The translations under genes and the position numbers were made by a program. Source: Synechococcaceae bacterium WB8_1B_136 (GTDB lineage: Bacteria > Cyanobacteriota > Cyanobacteriia > PCC-6307 > Cyanobiaceae). From it: a DNA stretch of 42,089 nt. The stretch is taken from the NCBI GenBank assembly GCA_010029175.1, contig RGNC01000001.1, positions 1 through 42,089 of the forward strand, given 5' to 3'. The notes below the pieces were generated by a model. The model saw only the letters and a list, made by a program, of their open reading frames with translations, was not told where the DNA came from and did not search any database. This document shows positions 19,687-28,758 of the stretch, one piece after another (positions within the stretch are counted from its first letter, which is position 1; every line of letters begins with the position of its first letter).

Positions 19687-21330
19687 TCAACACCAGCGCA
19701 ACAGGGAGCCCGGCAGCGGTTTGAGGGCTGGATGTTGGGCCGCCAGCTCCACCAAGGGCCTCCGCTGGGCCTCCAGTGTGTTGCTGGGGTGATTGGTGCG
19801 CTGGGAGTCGGGGGCCAGCAACAGGCTCACGCTGGTGGTGTGCTCCCAACTGGCCATGCGGTGCAGGGCATCCGCCACCAGGCTGTCATCACCGCCGGGC
19901 AGCAGCACCGCCAGCTCCGGCTGATCCAGCAGCGCCAGCACCCGTGGGTGCTCCTCGCGCTCCAGCTCAAGGCCGTGCTCCAGGGCCCACTGGCGAAGCT
20001 CCTGCAGTTGTCCCGCCAGGGCCGCGGGATCGCTGTTGTCATCCCCGCGGCCCTGCCAGGCCAGCACGGCGGCAGGACCACTGGCCTGCATCAGATGGCC
20101 AAGCTTCTCCTGCTTGGTCTGCAGATACGAGGCATTGTGCTGGCCGGGATGCATCACCAGCGGCACGCGGTCTTCCACCCGCAGGCCGTAGCCCCCCAGG
20201 CCGGCGATCTTGCGGGGGTTGTTGGTGATCAGCCGCAGGCGGTGCACCCCCAGGTCGCTGAGGATCTGCGCCCCCACGCCGTAATTGCGCAGGTCGGCCG
20301 CAAAGCCCAGCCGCTCATTGGCCTCCACGGTGTCGAGGCCCGTGTCCTGCAGCGAGTAGGCCTTGAGCTTGTTGATCAGCCCGATGCCACGGCCCTCCTG
20401 CCGCAGATACACCACCACGCCCTCACCCGCCGCTTCGATCATGCGCAGGGCGGCCTCCAGCTGGGGGCGGCAGTCGCAGCGCAGGGAGCCGAAGGCATCG
20501 CCGGTGAGACATTCGCTGTGCACCCGCACCAGCACCGGGCCTGAGTTCTGCTCGGGGCTGCCCTTCACGATGGCCACGTGCTCGCTGCCATCGAGCTCAT
20601 TGCGGTAGCCGATGGCGCGGAAGCTGCCGAAGGCACTGGGCAGGCTGGCTTCCGCCAGCCTCCGCACGAAGCGCTCGGTGTCGAGCCGGTAGCGGATCAG
20701 ATCGGCGATGTTGATCAGCCGCAACCCGTGGCGCTGGGCGTAGGCCACCAGCTGGGGCAGCCGCGCCATCGACCCATCCCCGTTCTGGATCTCACAGATC
20801 ACCCCGGCCGGGTAGAGCCCGGCCAGGCGCGCCAGGTCGACGGCGGCCTCGGTGTGGCCGGCGCGCTTGAGCACACCCCCCTGCTTGGCCCGCAGTGGAA
20901 AGATGTGGCCAGGGCGCCGCAGGTCCACCGGGCGGGTGTCGGGATGGATCGCCACCTGGATCGTGCGGGCTCGATCCTCTGCCGAGATGCCGGTGCTCAC
21001 ACCGTTCTCCGGGCCGGCATCCACGCTCACGGTGAAGGCGGTCTGGTTGCTGTCGGTGTTGCGGTCCACCATCAGCGGCAGATCGAGGGCATCGAGGCGC
21101 TCCCCCTCCATGGCCAGACAGATCAGGCCCCGGGCCTCCGTGGCCATGAAGTTGATCTGTTCGGGCGTGGCGAACTGGGCCGCGCAGATCAGGTCTCCCT
21201 CGTTCTCGCGGTTCTCGTCATCCACCACCACCACCATGTCGCCATTGCGAATCGCGGCGAGGCCATCGGCGATGGAGTCGAAGCGGAAGTCGGTGTGCAG
21301 TGCGGCAGCAGTCAAGTGGTCAGGGCTCAC
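19687..21330 (-). CDS. ribBA: Bifunctional DHBP synthase / GTP cyclohydrolase II with C-terminal extension
   Basis: [45 protein letters not shown]. Confidence 0.96.
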   Translation of the reverse strand: MSPDHLTAAALHTDFRFDSIADGLAAIRNGDMVVVVDDENRENEGDLICAAQFATPEQINFMATEARGLICLAMEGERLDALDLPLMVDRNTDSNQTAFTVSVDAGPENGVSTGISAEDRARTIQVAIHPDTRPVDLRRPGHIFPLRAKQGGVLKRAGHTEAAVDLARLAGLYPAGVICEIQNGDGSMARLPQLVAYAQRHGLRLINIADLIRYRLDTERFVRRLAEASLPSAFGSFRAIGYRNELDGSEHVAIVKGSPEQNSGPVLVRVHSECLTGDAFGSLRCDCRPQLEAALRMIEAAGEGVVVYLRQEGRGIGLINKLKAYSLQDTGLDTVEANERLGFAADLRNYGVGAQILSDLGVHRLRLITNNPRKIAGLGGYGLRVEDRVPLVMHPGQHNASYLQTKQEKLGHLMQASGPAAVLAWQGRGDDNSDPAALAGQLQELRQWALEHGLELEREEHPRVLALLDQPELAVLLPGGDDSLVADALHRMASWEHTTSVSLLLAPDSQRTNHPSNTLEAQRRPLVELAAQHPALKPLPGSLLRWC

Positions 21331-21388
21331 GGAAGGGGCAGGACGCCGCCAAGCGGCCAGATCAGCGTGGGACTTTTATAGAGCCCGG

Positions 21389-21395
21389 TACGATC
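21389..21395 (+). promoter_or_regulatory. Putative -10 (TACGAT, followed by C) upstream of argC
   Basis: TACGATC ending 21 nt before the argC ATG in a divergent intergenic region. Confidence 0.4.
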
Positions 21396-21416
21396 TGGCG
21401 TTCCTGACAAGCCGCC

Positions 21417-22481
21417 ATGGCCAGCAAGCGCGTTGCGGTGATTGGTGCCTCCGGCTACGGCGGCCTCCAGACCCTGCGGCTGCTGCAGGGCCATCCGGAG
21501 CTGGAGGTCACCTATCTGGGCGGCGAGCGCAGCAGTGGCAAGCGCTGGAGCGAACTCACCCCCTTCCTGCCCCTGCCCGGGGATCCGGTGGTGCAGAGCC
21601 CCGATGTGGAGGCGATCGCCACCGCCGCCGACCTGGCGGTGCTCAGCCTTCCCAATGGCCTGGCCTCGGGACTGGTGCCTGGGCTGCTGGAGCGGGGCGT
21701 GAAGGTGGTGGATCTCTCAGCCGACTACCGCTACAGCTCCCTTGAGCAGTGGAAGGAGGTGTACGCCTCGGAGGCGCGCCTGGTGCCCCGCAGCGATGCA
21801 GAGCTCTGCGCCGAGGCGGTCTATGGCCTTGTGGAATGGGAGCAGGAGCGCATCAAAGACGCCCGTCTGGTGGCGGCACCAGGCTGTTTCCCCACAGCCA
21901 GCCTGCTGGCCCTGCTGCCCTTCCTCCACCAGGGCCTGATCGAAACCAGCGGCATCGTGATCGATGCCAAAACCGGCACCAGCGGTGGCGGGCGCGCAGC
22001 CAAGGAGCATCTGCTGCTGGCGGAGGCCTCCGAGGGGGTCTCCCCCTACGGGGTGGTGGGCCACCGCCACACCAGCGAGATCGAGCAGCTCTGCGGCCGG
22101 GCGGCGGGCCAGACCGTGCAACTCCAGTTCACCCCCCACCTGATCCCGATGGTGCGAGGTCTGCTGGCCACGGTGTACGGCCGTCTGCGCGATCCCGGCC
22201 TCACCGCGGAAGACTGCACCACCCTGCTGCAGGCCGCCTATCGCCACACCCCCTGCGTGCAGGTGCTGCCGGTGGGCACCTACCCCTCCACCAAGTGGGT
22301 GCGTCAGACCAACCGCGCCCTGCTCTCCCTTCAGGTGGATCAGCGCACCGGCCAGCTGGTCGTGATGAGCGCCATCGACAACATGGTGAAAGGCCAGGCC
22401 GGGCAGGGGGTGCAGTGCCTCAACCTGATGGCCGGCCTGCCGGCGGAAACCGGCCTGCCGCTGCTGCCCTTCTACCCCTGA
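21417..22481 (+). CDS. argC: N-acetyl-gamma-glutamyl-phosphate reductase
   Basis: GASGYGG, DLSADYR, PGCFPT, SGGGR, HRHTSEI, IDNMVKGQAGQ. Confidence 0.96.
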   Translation: MASKRVAVIGASGYGGLQTLRLLQGHPELEVTYLGGERSSGKRWSELTPFLPLPGDPVVQSPDVEAIATAADLAVLSLPNGLASGLVPGLLERGVKVVDLSADYRYSSLEQWKEVYASEARLVPRSDAELCAEAVYGLVEWEQERIKDARLVAAPGCFPTASLLALLPFLHQGLIETSGIVIDAKTGTSGGGRAAKEHLLLAEASEGVSPYGVVGHRHTSEIEQLCGRAAGQTVQLQFTPHLIPMVRGLLATVYGRLRDPGLTAEDCTTLLQAAYRHTPCVQVLPVGTYPSTKWVRQTNRALLSLQVDQRTGQLVVMSAIDNMVKGQAGQGVQCLNLMAGLPAETGLPLLPFYP

Positions 22482-23149
22482 GCGTTCTGGAGCAGGCCCA
22501 GACGCAGGGCCGCCAGCGCCACCGCCGCCGGCAGGATGCGGTGCTCCTGACGGTGGATGCGCTTGGCCAGGCTGGCCGCGTCGTCGCCCTCCAGCACGGG
22601 CACGGCCGCCTGAATCAGGATCGGGCCGCCATCCACCTCCAGCCGCACCAGATGGGCCGTGCAGCCGCTCAGCCGCACGCCGGCCTGGAGGGCCTGCTCC
22701 ACCGCCCGGGCCCCGCGAAAGCTCGGCAACAGGGAGGGATGGATGTTCACCAGGCGATCGGGAAAGGCATCGATCAGCCGCTGGGTCACGATCCGCATCC
22801 AGCCCGCCATCACCACCAGTTCCACGGCCGCAGATCGGAACGTCTCCACCAGGGCGGCATCGAGGGCCTCGCGGCTCTGGAAGCCGCGGTGATCCAGCAC
22901 CCCCACCGGCACACCGAGCCGTTCGGCCCGCTGCTGCGCCCCGCAGCCGGGGTTGTTCACCACCAGCTGCCGCACCTCCGCCGCCAGCTCGCCCCGCCGG
23001 CAGGCCGTCACCAGGTTTTCAAAATTGCTGCCGCTGCCGGAGGCCATCACCCCCAACCGCAGGGGACGAACGGCCACTGAGGCCATAACGGGTGGCAACG
23101 GCCACTGGATTGCTGGCCCGGGATCGCTAGCGTCTGGAAAAGCGGGCAT
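22472..23149 (-). CDS. purN: Phosphoribosylglycinamide formyltransferase (start 23149 or 23086)
   Basis: MASGSGSNF, MAGWMRI, NIHPSLLP, VDGGPIL, QEHRI. Confidence 0.93.
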   Translation of the reverse strand: MPAFPDASDPGPAIQWPLPPVMASVAVRPLRLGVMASGSGSNFENLVTACRRGELAAEVRQLVVNNPGCGAQQRAERLGVPVGVLDHRGFQSREALDAALVETFRSAAVELVVMAGWMRIVTQRLIDAFPDRLVNIHPSLLPSFRGARAVEQALQAGVRLSGCTAHLVRLEVDGGPILIQAAVPVLEGDDAASLAKRIHRQEHRILPAAVALAALRLGLLQNAQG

Positions 23150-23155
23150 CGGACC

Positions 23156-23500
23156 ATGTCCCATCTCTCCATCCTGCCAACCGTGTTGCGGGATGCATCC
23201 GTTCTCACCGCCGCCCTGGAGGACCTCGGCCTCCAGGTGGAGCAGGGCGGACTGCTGCGGGGCTTCGCCGACGACCAGCAGCCGGTGACGCTGCAGGTGC
23301 GGTTCACGGACGGCACCCGCCTGGGCTGGGCGCGCCAGGGGAATGGCAGCCTGGCCCTGGTGGGGGATCTGCAGCGCCTCGGGCGTTCCCACCGCCTGCA
23401 GCAGTTGCTCGGCCGCATCACCCGTGGCTATGCCGCACGCCTGGCCCTGCAGCAGGCTGGCGAGCGCCTCCCCGACGCCACCATCAGCCTGATCAGCTGA
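23156..23500 (+). CDS. DUF1257 / Ycf35-like protein
   Basis: MSHLSILPTVLRD..L..AL.DLG, LVGDLQR, ITRGYA pattern. Confidence 0.78.
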   Translation: MSHLSILPTVLRDASVLTAALEDLGLQVEQGGLLRGFADDQQPVTLQVRFTDGTRLGWARQGNGSLALVGDLQRLGRSHRLQQLLGRITRGYAARLALQQAGERLPDATISLIS

Positions 23501-23508
23501 TCGCGGGC

Positions 23509-25236
23509 GTGGTTCATCTCCACCTCGATCTCACGGCACCGGAGCAGCATCTGGTGCACGTCAGCCTGCGGCTTCAGCCTCGCCTGCCGTCGCTGCGGCT
23601 CAGCCTGCCGGCCTGGACGCCCGGCTCCTATCTCATCCGCGACTACGTCCGCCATCTGGAAGACCTGACCGCAGAGCAGGGCGGCAGGCCGCTGGTGCTG
23701 CGGCGCCTCAGTCCCGCCAGCTGGCAGCTGGAACTCGATGGCTCCGACGGCGAGCTGGTGATCCGCTACCGCATCCTGGCCACGGAGCTGTCGGTGCGCA
23801 CCTGCCACCTGGATGCCGACCATGGCTTCCTGGCCATGGCGGCTGTGGCCCTGGAGGTGGAGGGGGAACGCTGGCAGCCTCATCAGCTCAGCTGCAGCCT
23901 CCCAGCCGGTTGGCAGCCCTTCATCCCCCTCCCCCAGGACAGCCAGGGGCACTGGCAGGCCCGGGATTTCGATCAGCTGCTGGATACTCCGCTGGAGCTG
24001 GGGCCGCACCGCTGCCACGGCTTCTCTGTGGCTGGCGTGCCCCATCGCTGGGTCACCTGGGGCGGCCAGGCCGGCGCCGACGACTGGCTGCTGCGGCGCT
24101 TCCCCAGCCTGCTGGAGGATGTGGCCCGGGTCTGCGAGGCCTGCTGCCGCCTGATGGGGGTGGGTCAACCGGCTGCCGACAGCTACCTGTTCGTGTTGCA
24201 TCTGCTGGCCGATGGCTACGGCGGCCTGGAGCATGACGCCAGCACAGTGCTCGTGTACGGCCGCCGCAATTTCGACAAGCCCAACGGCTATCGCAAATTC
24301 CTGCAGCTGGTGGCCCACGAATACCTGCATCAGTGGAATGTGCGGCGGTTGAAGCCGCGCGAACTGGCGCCGATCGACTACCAACAGCCGTCGATCATTC
24401 CCAGCCTGTGGTTTGCCGAAGGGGTCACCAGCTATCTGGATCAGTTGCTGCCCCTGGCGGCGGGGCTGAGCAGCCCTGAAGACCTGCTCGACGACCTGGG
24501 AGAGGATCTCAGCCGCTACCTCCTGACCCCGGGGCGCAGCGTGCAGAGCCTGCGCAGCAGCAGCGAGGAGGCCTGGGTCAAGCTCTACCGCGCCGATGCC
24601 TACGCCCCAGACAGCCAGGTGAGTTACTACCTCAAAGGAGCGGTGGTGGCCCTGTGCCTGGATCTGCACCTGCGCCAGCGCGGGGCATCCCTGGTGCTGG
24701 TGCTCAGGGAGCTGTGGCAAAGCCACGGCCGCTGGGGGCGGGGGTACAGCGAGGCGGATCTGGTGGAGGCCTTCGCCAGCCACAGCCCCGAGCTGCGCGA
24801 GCGTCTGCCGCAATGGCTCGCCCAGCGGCAGGATCCAGACCTCAACAGCACCCTGCAGACTGTGGGCCTGCTGTTGCAACCGGTGATGGCCAGCAGTGCC
24901 TGGGCAGGCTTCAGCTGCCGCAGCGAGCAGCAGGGGTTGGTGGCCCATCGGGTGCATCGCCATGGCCCGGCTGAGGCCGCAGGGTTGATGGTGGGCGACG
25001 AACTGATCGCCCTCGATGGCGAGCGGCTCCACAGCAGCGACCAGCTGGCACCGCTGCTGCGCAGCGACGGCGACCAGGAGCTGCTGATTGCCCGCCGCTC
25101 CCAGATCCGGCGGCTCTGCCTCCACTGCCAGCCTGCCCGCCCTGAGCGCTACCAACTCTTGCGCGACCCCGCTGCAACGGCAGACGCTCTGCAGCGCCAG
25201 CAGCGCTGGCTGGCCCTCAGCGAGGTGCCGTGGTGA
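23509..25236 (+). CDS. M61-family metallopeptidase with C-terminal PDZ domain
   Basis: PAWTPGSYLIRDY, GGLEH, HEYLHQWN, WFAEGVTSY, SYYLKG, GPAEAAGLMVGDELIALDG. Confidence 0.93.
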   Translation: MVHLHLDLTAPEQHLVHVSLRLQPRLPSLRLSLPAWTPGSYLIRDYVRHLEDLTAEQGGRPLVLRRLSPASWQLELDGSDGELVIRYRILATELSVRTCHLDADHGFLAMAAVALEVEGERWQPHQLSCSLPAGWQPFIPLPQDSQGHWQARDFDQLLDTPLELGPHRCHGFSVAGVPHRWVTWGGQAGADDWLLRRFPSLLEDVARVCEACCRLMGVGQPAADSYLFVLHLLADGYGGLEHDASTVLVYGRRNFDKPNGYRKFLQLVAHEYLHQWNVRRLKPRELAPIDYQQPSIIPSLWFAEGVTSYLDQLLPLAAGLSSPEDLLDDLGEDLSRYLLTPGRSVQSLRSSSEEAWVKLYRADAYAPDSQVSYYLKGAVVALCLDLHLRQRGASLVLVLRELWQSHGRWGRGYSEADLVEAFASHSPELRERLPQWLAQRQDPDLNSTLQTVGLLLQPVMASSAWAGFSCRSEQQGLVAHRVHRHGPAEAAGLMVGDELIALDGERLHSSDQLAPLLRSDGDQELLIARRSQIRRLCLHCQPARPERYQLLRDPAATADALQRQQRWLALSEVPW

Positions 25237-26072
25237 GGCCGCTGCAGGACCAGAGTTGGCCGCCCCAGCTGCCGGGCTGGCCCCTGCTGGTGTTGGCCGG
25301 CAGCGGGGCCGCCTTGCTGCTGGCGGGTGGACTTGTGCTGCAGAGCCTGTTGCGCGCCCCCGATGAGCCTGAACCGGGCCGGCGGGGCTCACCCGCACCG
25401 CCAGCCCAGGCCAGCTGGGTCAGTCCGCTGCGCAGGCAGTGCAGCAGCGCCGATGGCCCTTTGCGCACCCGCCTGCTGGCCCTGCAGGCGGCGTTGCCGA
25501 AGCGGCTGCGGCGCCTCAGCATTGATCGGAGCAACTACGGTCCGCGCTACCGGCAGGATGCCTTCGGCAATGCCCTGGATCCAACCCCCGCCGTGGTGGT
25601 GTTGCATGAAACCGTGTACGGCCTCAGCTCGGCCATCAACACCTTCACCACCCACCATCCCAACGACGACGACCAGGTCAGCTATCACGTGCTGATTGGT
25701 GAGAAGGGGCAGATCGTGCAGGCCGTGAATCCCAGCCACCGGGCCTTCGGTGCTGGCCATTCCGCCTTCAACGGCCGCTGGGCGATCACCAATCCGCAGA
25801 TGCAGGGGTCCGTGAACAACTTCGCCCTGCACCTCAGCCTGGAGACACCCGTGGACGGGGAGAACGATGCTCCCGGCCACAGCGGTTACACCAAGGCCCA
25901 GTACGACGCCCTGGCTGTGGTGCTGGCGGATTGGATGCGCCGCTTCGACATCCCGGCCCAGCACATCACCACCCATCGCCATGTGGATCTAGGGCTGGAG
26001 CGGGCTGATCCCCGCAGTTTCAACTGGCAGGCCCTGCAGGAACGGCTCGCGGCCCTGGGGATGCTGTGCTGA
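25230..26072 (+). CDS. N-acetylmuramoyl-L-alanine amidase (Amidase_2/AmpD-like), N-terminally membrane anchored
   Basis: VVLHET, VSYHVLI, RAFGAG, HLSLE, ITTHRHVD...ADP; N-terminal hydrophobic segment. Confidence 0.88.
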   Translation: MVRPLQDQSWPPQLPGWPLLVLAGSGAALLLAGGLVLQSLLRAPDEPEPGRRGSPAPPAQASWVSPLRRQCSSADGPLRTRLLALQAALPKRLRRLSIDRSNYGPRYRQDAFGNALDPTPAVVVLHETVYGLSSAINTFTTHHPNDDDQVSYHVLIGEKGQIVQAVNPSHRAFGAGHSAFNGRWAITNPQMQGSVNNFALHLSLETPVDGENDAPGHSGYTKAQYDALAVVLADWMRRFDIPAQHITTHRHVDLGLERADPRSFNWQALQERLAALGMLC

Positions 26073-26077
26073 TCGAA

Positions 26078-26920
26078 TCAGATCAGCGGTGAGATGGCCT
26101 TCTTGTGCTGGCTGAACAGCAGCCCATGCAGTTCCTGATCCTGCATGTAGCGCAAAATTCGGGTGGGGTAGTCGAGCTTGCCGTTGTGGAGATAGGCGAG
26201 CGTGGCCACGGTCTTGGCGTGGCTGGGGTTGTTGCTCACATCCACGGTGCTGCTGGCATCGCGATGCAACAGTTTCAACAGGCGCGCCAGTTTGCCGGCC
26301 AGGAGAGTCACATTGCGGTCGGGATCCAGCAGCTGGTTGCGGGCCTGCTCGATCTCTGCCTGGCTGGCATCGGGGGCCAGCAGGCCCTGTTTCACCATCT
26401 CGCTGAGGCCGAGCTGGGCGGGGCCATGGGTGCTGAACAGGCCGGAATGGGCAGCCAGCGGCAGGTCTTCCCCTGGCTTGGCATGCTGCATCTCGTCGAA
26501 GAGGATGGCGGCCAACAGCATCGGGTTGATGCCGGTGCGGCGGCTTTCCCGCAGCACAACGGGCCGCAGGTCCTCGAGCCTGCCCACGGTGTGATGGCGC
26601 AGGGGCGTGAGCTGGTCGACCCCCTTGGTGAACAGCTGGGCCAGCCGGGGTTGGGGGCCATGCACCCCGAACCGCCGTTGCAGCTCGCGCAGCTCGGCGG
26701 CAGTGAAGCTGGCGGGGTTGGGACGCTGCCCCTCCGTGATCAGGCCGGCCGCTTGCTGGGAGGCTTCAGCCCTGGCCTGGGCACCTGTGCTGTCCCGCTG
26801 GCGCAGCAAACCGGAGAGGCTGCTGGAGCTCACACACACCCCGGCAGCCAGGCAGCCGAAGAGGCCAGCCCAGCTGATCCATCGACGCACGACTGGCCCT
26901 AGCGCTTGCGGGGAGGTCAT
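26078..26920 (-). CDS. Conserved exported protein with lysozyme/SLT-like motifs
   Basis: N-terminal hydrophobic segment; INPMLLAAILFDE, STHGPAQLG, LLDPDRNV, LAYLHNG; ATG 26920 fits the TAAGAT -10 at 26966-26971. Confidence 0.6.
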   Translation of the reverse strand: MTSPQALGPVVRRWISWAGLFGCLAAGVCVSSSSLSGLLRQRDSTGAQARAEASQQAAGLITEGQRPNPASFTAAELRELQRRFGVHGPQPRLAQLFTKGVDQLTPLRHHTVGRLEDLRPVVLRESRRTGINPMLLAAILFDEMQHAKPGEDLPLAAHSGLFSTHGPAQLGLSEMVKQGLLAPDASQAEIEQARNQLLDPDRNVTLLAGKLARLLKLLHRDASSTVDVSNNPSHAKTVATLAYLHNGKLDYPTRILRYMQDQELHGLLFSQHKKAISPLI

Positions 26921-26996
26921 CGCTGGAAGCAGCAGAGCCAGGGCGATGCCTGAAAGGTTCCGCAAATCTTAAGGACCTTTGCGCGACCGACCAGGG

Positions 26997-27055
26997 GCGG
27001 GTCGACCAGGTTGTGTGTCGGTCCACACATTCTCGAGTCGGACCCGCTGTTTTTT
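26997..27055 (+). terminator. Long hairpin plus T-tract in the divergent intergenic region upstream of pgi
   Basis: GCGGGTC(26997-27003)/GACCCGC(27041-27047), inner TGTGTG/CACACA, then TGTTTTTT. Confidence 0.45.
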
Positions 27056-27135
27056 GGCGAAAACGCAGGTCTGGGCTATGCCCTGGAGCTGTTCGCAGAT
27101 AACGTCCAACTCGCACGCCGATCGCGCCCGCGCCC

Positions 27136-28737
27136 ATGAGCACCTCGCCTTCCGCCCCCGGTGCCGGCGCCCAGAGCCCATGGCAGCGCTTCTGCTCCCT
27201 GCTCTGGCATGACGAGGCCCTGGGCTTCTGGCTGGACGTGAGCCGGATGGGGCTGGATGACGACTGCCTTGAGCGCCTGAGCCCCCGCTTCGCCCAGGCC
27301 TTTGACGCCATGGCAGCCCTGGAGGCCGGCGCCATCGCCAATGCTGATGAGCAGCGCCAGGTGGGTCATTATTGGCTGCGGCAACCGGAACTGGCACCCG
27401 ATCCAGCCGCCGGCGATCACATCCGCCGGGAAGTGGCCCGCATCGAGGCCTTTGGCCGGGATGTGCTGGCGGGGGCGATCGCCCCTGCCCCAGGCAAGCG
27501 CTTCACCGACGTGCTCTGGATCGGCATCGGCGGCTCAGGCCTGGGCCCACTGCTGATGATCCGGGCCCTGCAGGATCCCGGGGCGGGCCTGCCCTTTCAC
27601 TTCTTCGACAACGTCGATCCTGATGGCATGCGCCGCACCCTGGCGGGGCTGGGCCAGCGGCTCCAGACCACCCTGGTGATTGTGGTGAGCAAGTCGGGCG
27701 GCACTCCGGAGCCCCACATCGGCATGCTGCAGGCCCGCCGCGCCGTGGAGGCCCACGGCGGCGACTGGCAGCGGCAGGCGGTGGCCGTGACCATGCTGGG
27801 CAGCCGCCTGGATCAGGAGGCCGAAGCCGGCCAGTGGTTGGCCCGTTTCGACATGTTCGATTGGGTGGGGGGGCGAACCAGCATCACCAGCGCCGTGGGC
27901 CTGCTGCCGGGGGTGTTGATCGGCTCCGACATCCAGGCCTTCCTGGCCGGTGCGGCCGCCATGGATGCCGCCACCCGCGTGGCTGATCTGCGCCGCAACC
28001 CCGCCGCTCTGCTGGCGGCTGCCTGGTATGCGGCCGGCGATGGCAAGGGCCGCCGCGACATGGTGGTGCTGCCCTACCGCGACCGCCTGGAGGTGTTCAG
28101 CCGCTATCTCCAGCAACTGGTGATGGAGAGCCTGGGCAAGAAGCTGGATCGCAACGGCCAGGTGGTGCACCAGGGCCTGGCGGTGTATGGCAACAAGGGT
28201 TCCACCGATCAACACGCCTATGTGCAGCAGCTGCGCGATGGCCTCGACAACTTTTTCGTGACCTTCGTGGAGGTGCTGGAGGATCCCGGCGATATTCCAC
28301 CTCTGGAGGGTGAGAATCCCGGCGATTTTCTCGATGGCTTCCTGCAGGGCACCCGCTCTGCCCTCACCGAAGAGGGTCGGCAGACTCTCACCATCACCCT
28401 GCAGCGGCTCAATGAGCACAGCCTCGGTGCCCTGATTGCCCTGTTTGAGCGGGCCGTGGGCCTCTATGGCGAGCTGGTGAACGTGAACGCCTACCACCAG
28501 CCCGGCGTGGAGGCTGGCAAGAAGGCGGCGGCTGAACTGCTCAACCTGCAGGAGCGCCTGGAGCAGGCCCTGGCGGACAAGCGGGAGCACAGGCTCGATG
28601 AACTGCAACAGCGCATGGGGCTCGATTCACCGGAGCCGCTGTATTGGATCCTCCGCCACCTCTGCGCCAACCGCCGCCACATTGCTGCCCGTGGCGACTG
28701 GGGCAACCCCGACTCCCTGGTGTTTCTCCACGACTGA
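27136..28737 (+). CDS. pgi: Glucose-6-phosphate isomerase
   Basis: IGIGGSGLGP, VVSKSGGT, DWVGGRTS, QQLVMESLGK, GSTDQHAY, YHQPGVEAGK. Confidence 0.97.
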   Translation: MSTSPSAPGAGAQSPWQRFCSLLWHDEALGFWLDVSRMGLDDDCLERLSPRFAQAFDAMAALEAGAIANADEQRQVGHYWLRQPELAPDPAAGDHIRREVARIEAFGRDVLAGAIAPAPGKRFTDVLWIGIGGSGLGPLLMIRALQDPGAGLPFHFFDNVDPDGMRRTLAGLGQRLQTTLVIVVSKSGGTPEPHIGMLQARRAVEAHGGDWQRQAVAVTMLGSRLDQEAEAGQWLARFDMFDWVGGRTSITSAVGLLPGVLIGSDIQAFLAGAAAMDAATRVADLRRNPAALLAAAWYAAGDGKGRRDMVVLPYRDRLEVFSRYLQQLVMESLGKKLDRNGQVVHQGLAVYGNKGSTDQHAYVQQLRDGLDNFFVTFVEVLEDPGDIPPLEGENPGDFLDGFLQGTRSALTEEGRQTLTITLQRLNEHSLGALIALFERAVGLYGELVNVNAYHQPGVEAGKKAAAELLNLQERLEQALADKREHRLDELQQRMGLDSPEPLYWILRHLCANRRHIAARGDWGNPDSLVFLHD

Positions 28738-28758
28738 GCGCCCTGACTGGGCCCGGCT

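Noticed and set aside
26920-27135. c-di-AMP (ydaO) riboswitch ahead of the lysozyme-like gene
   Set aside because: The conserved ydaO sequence blocks are not recognisable on either strand
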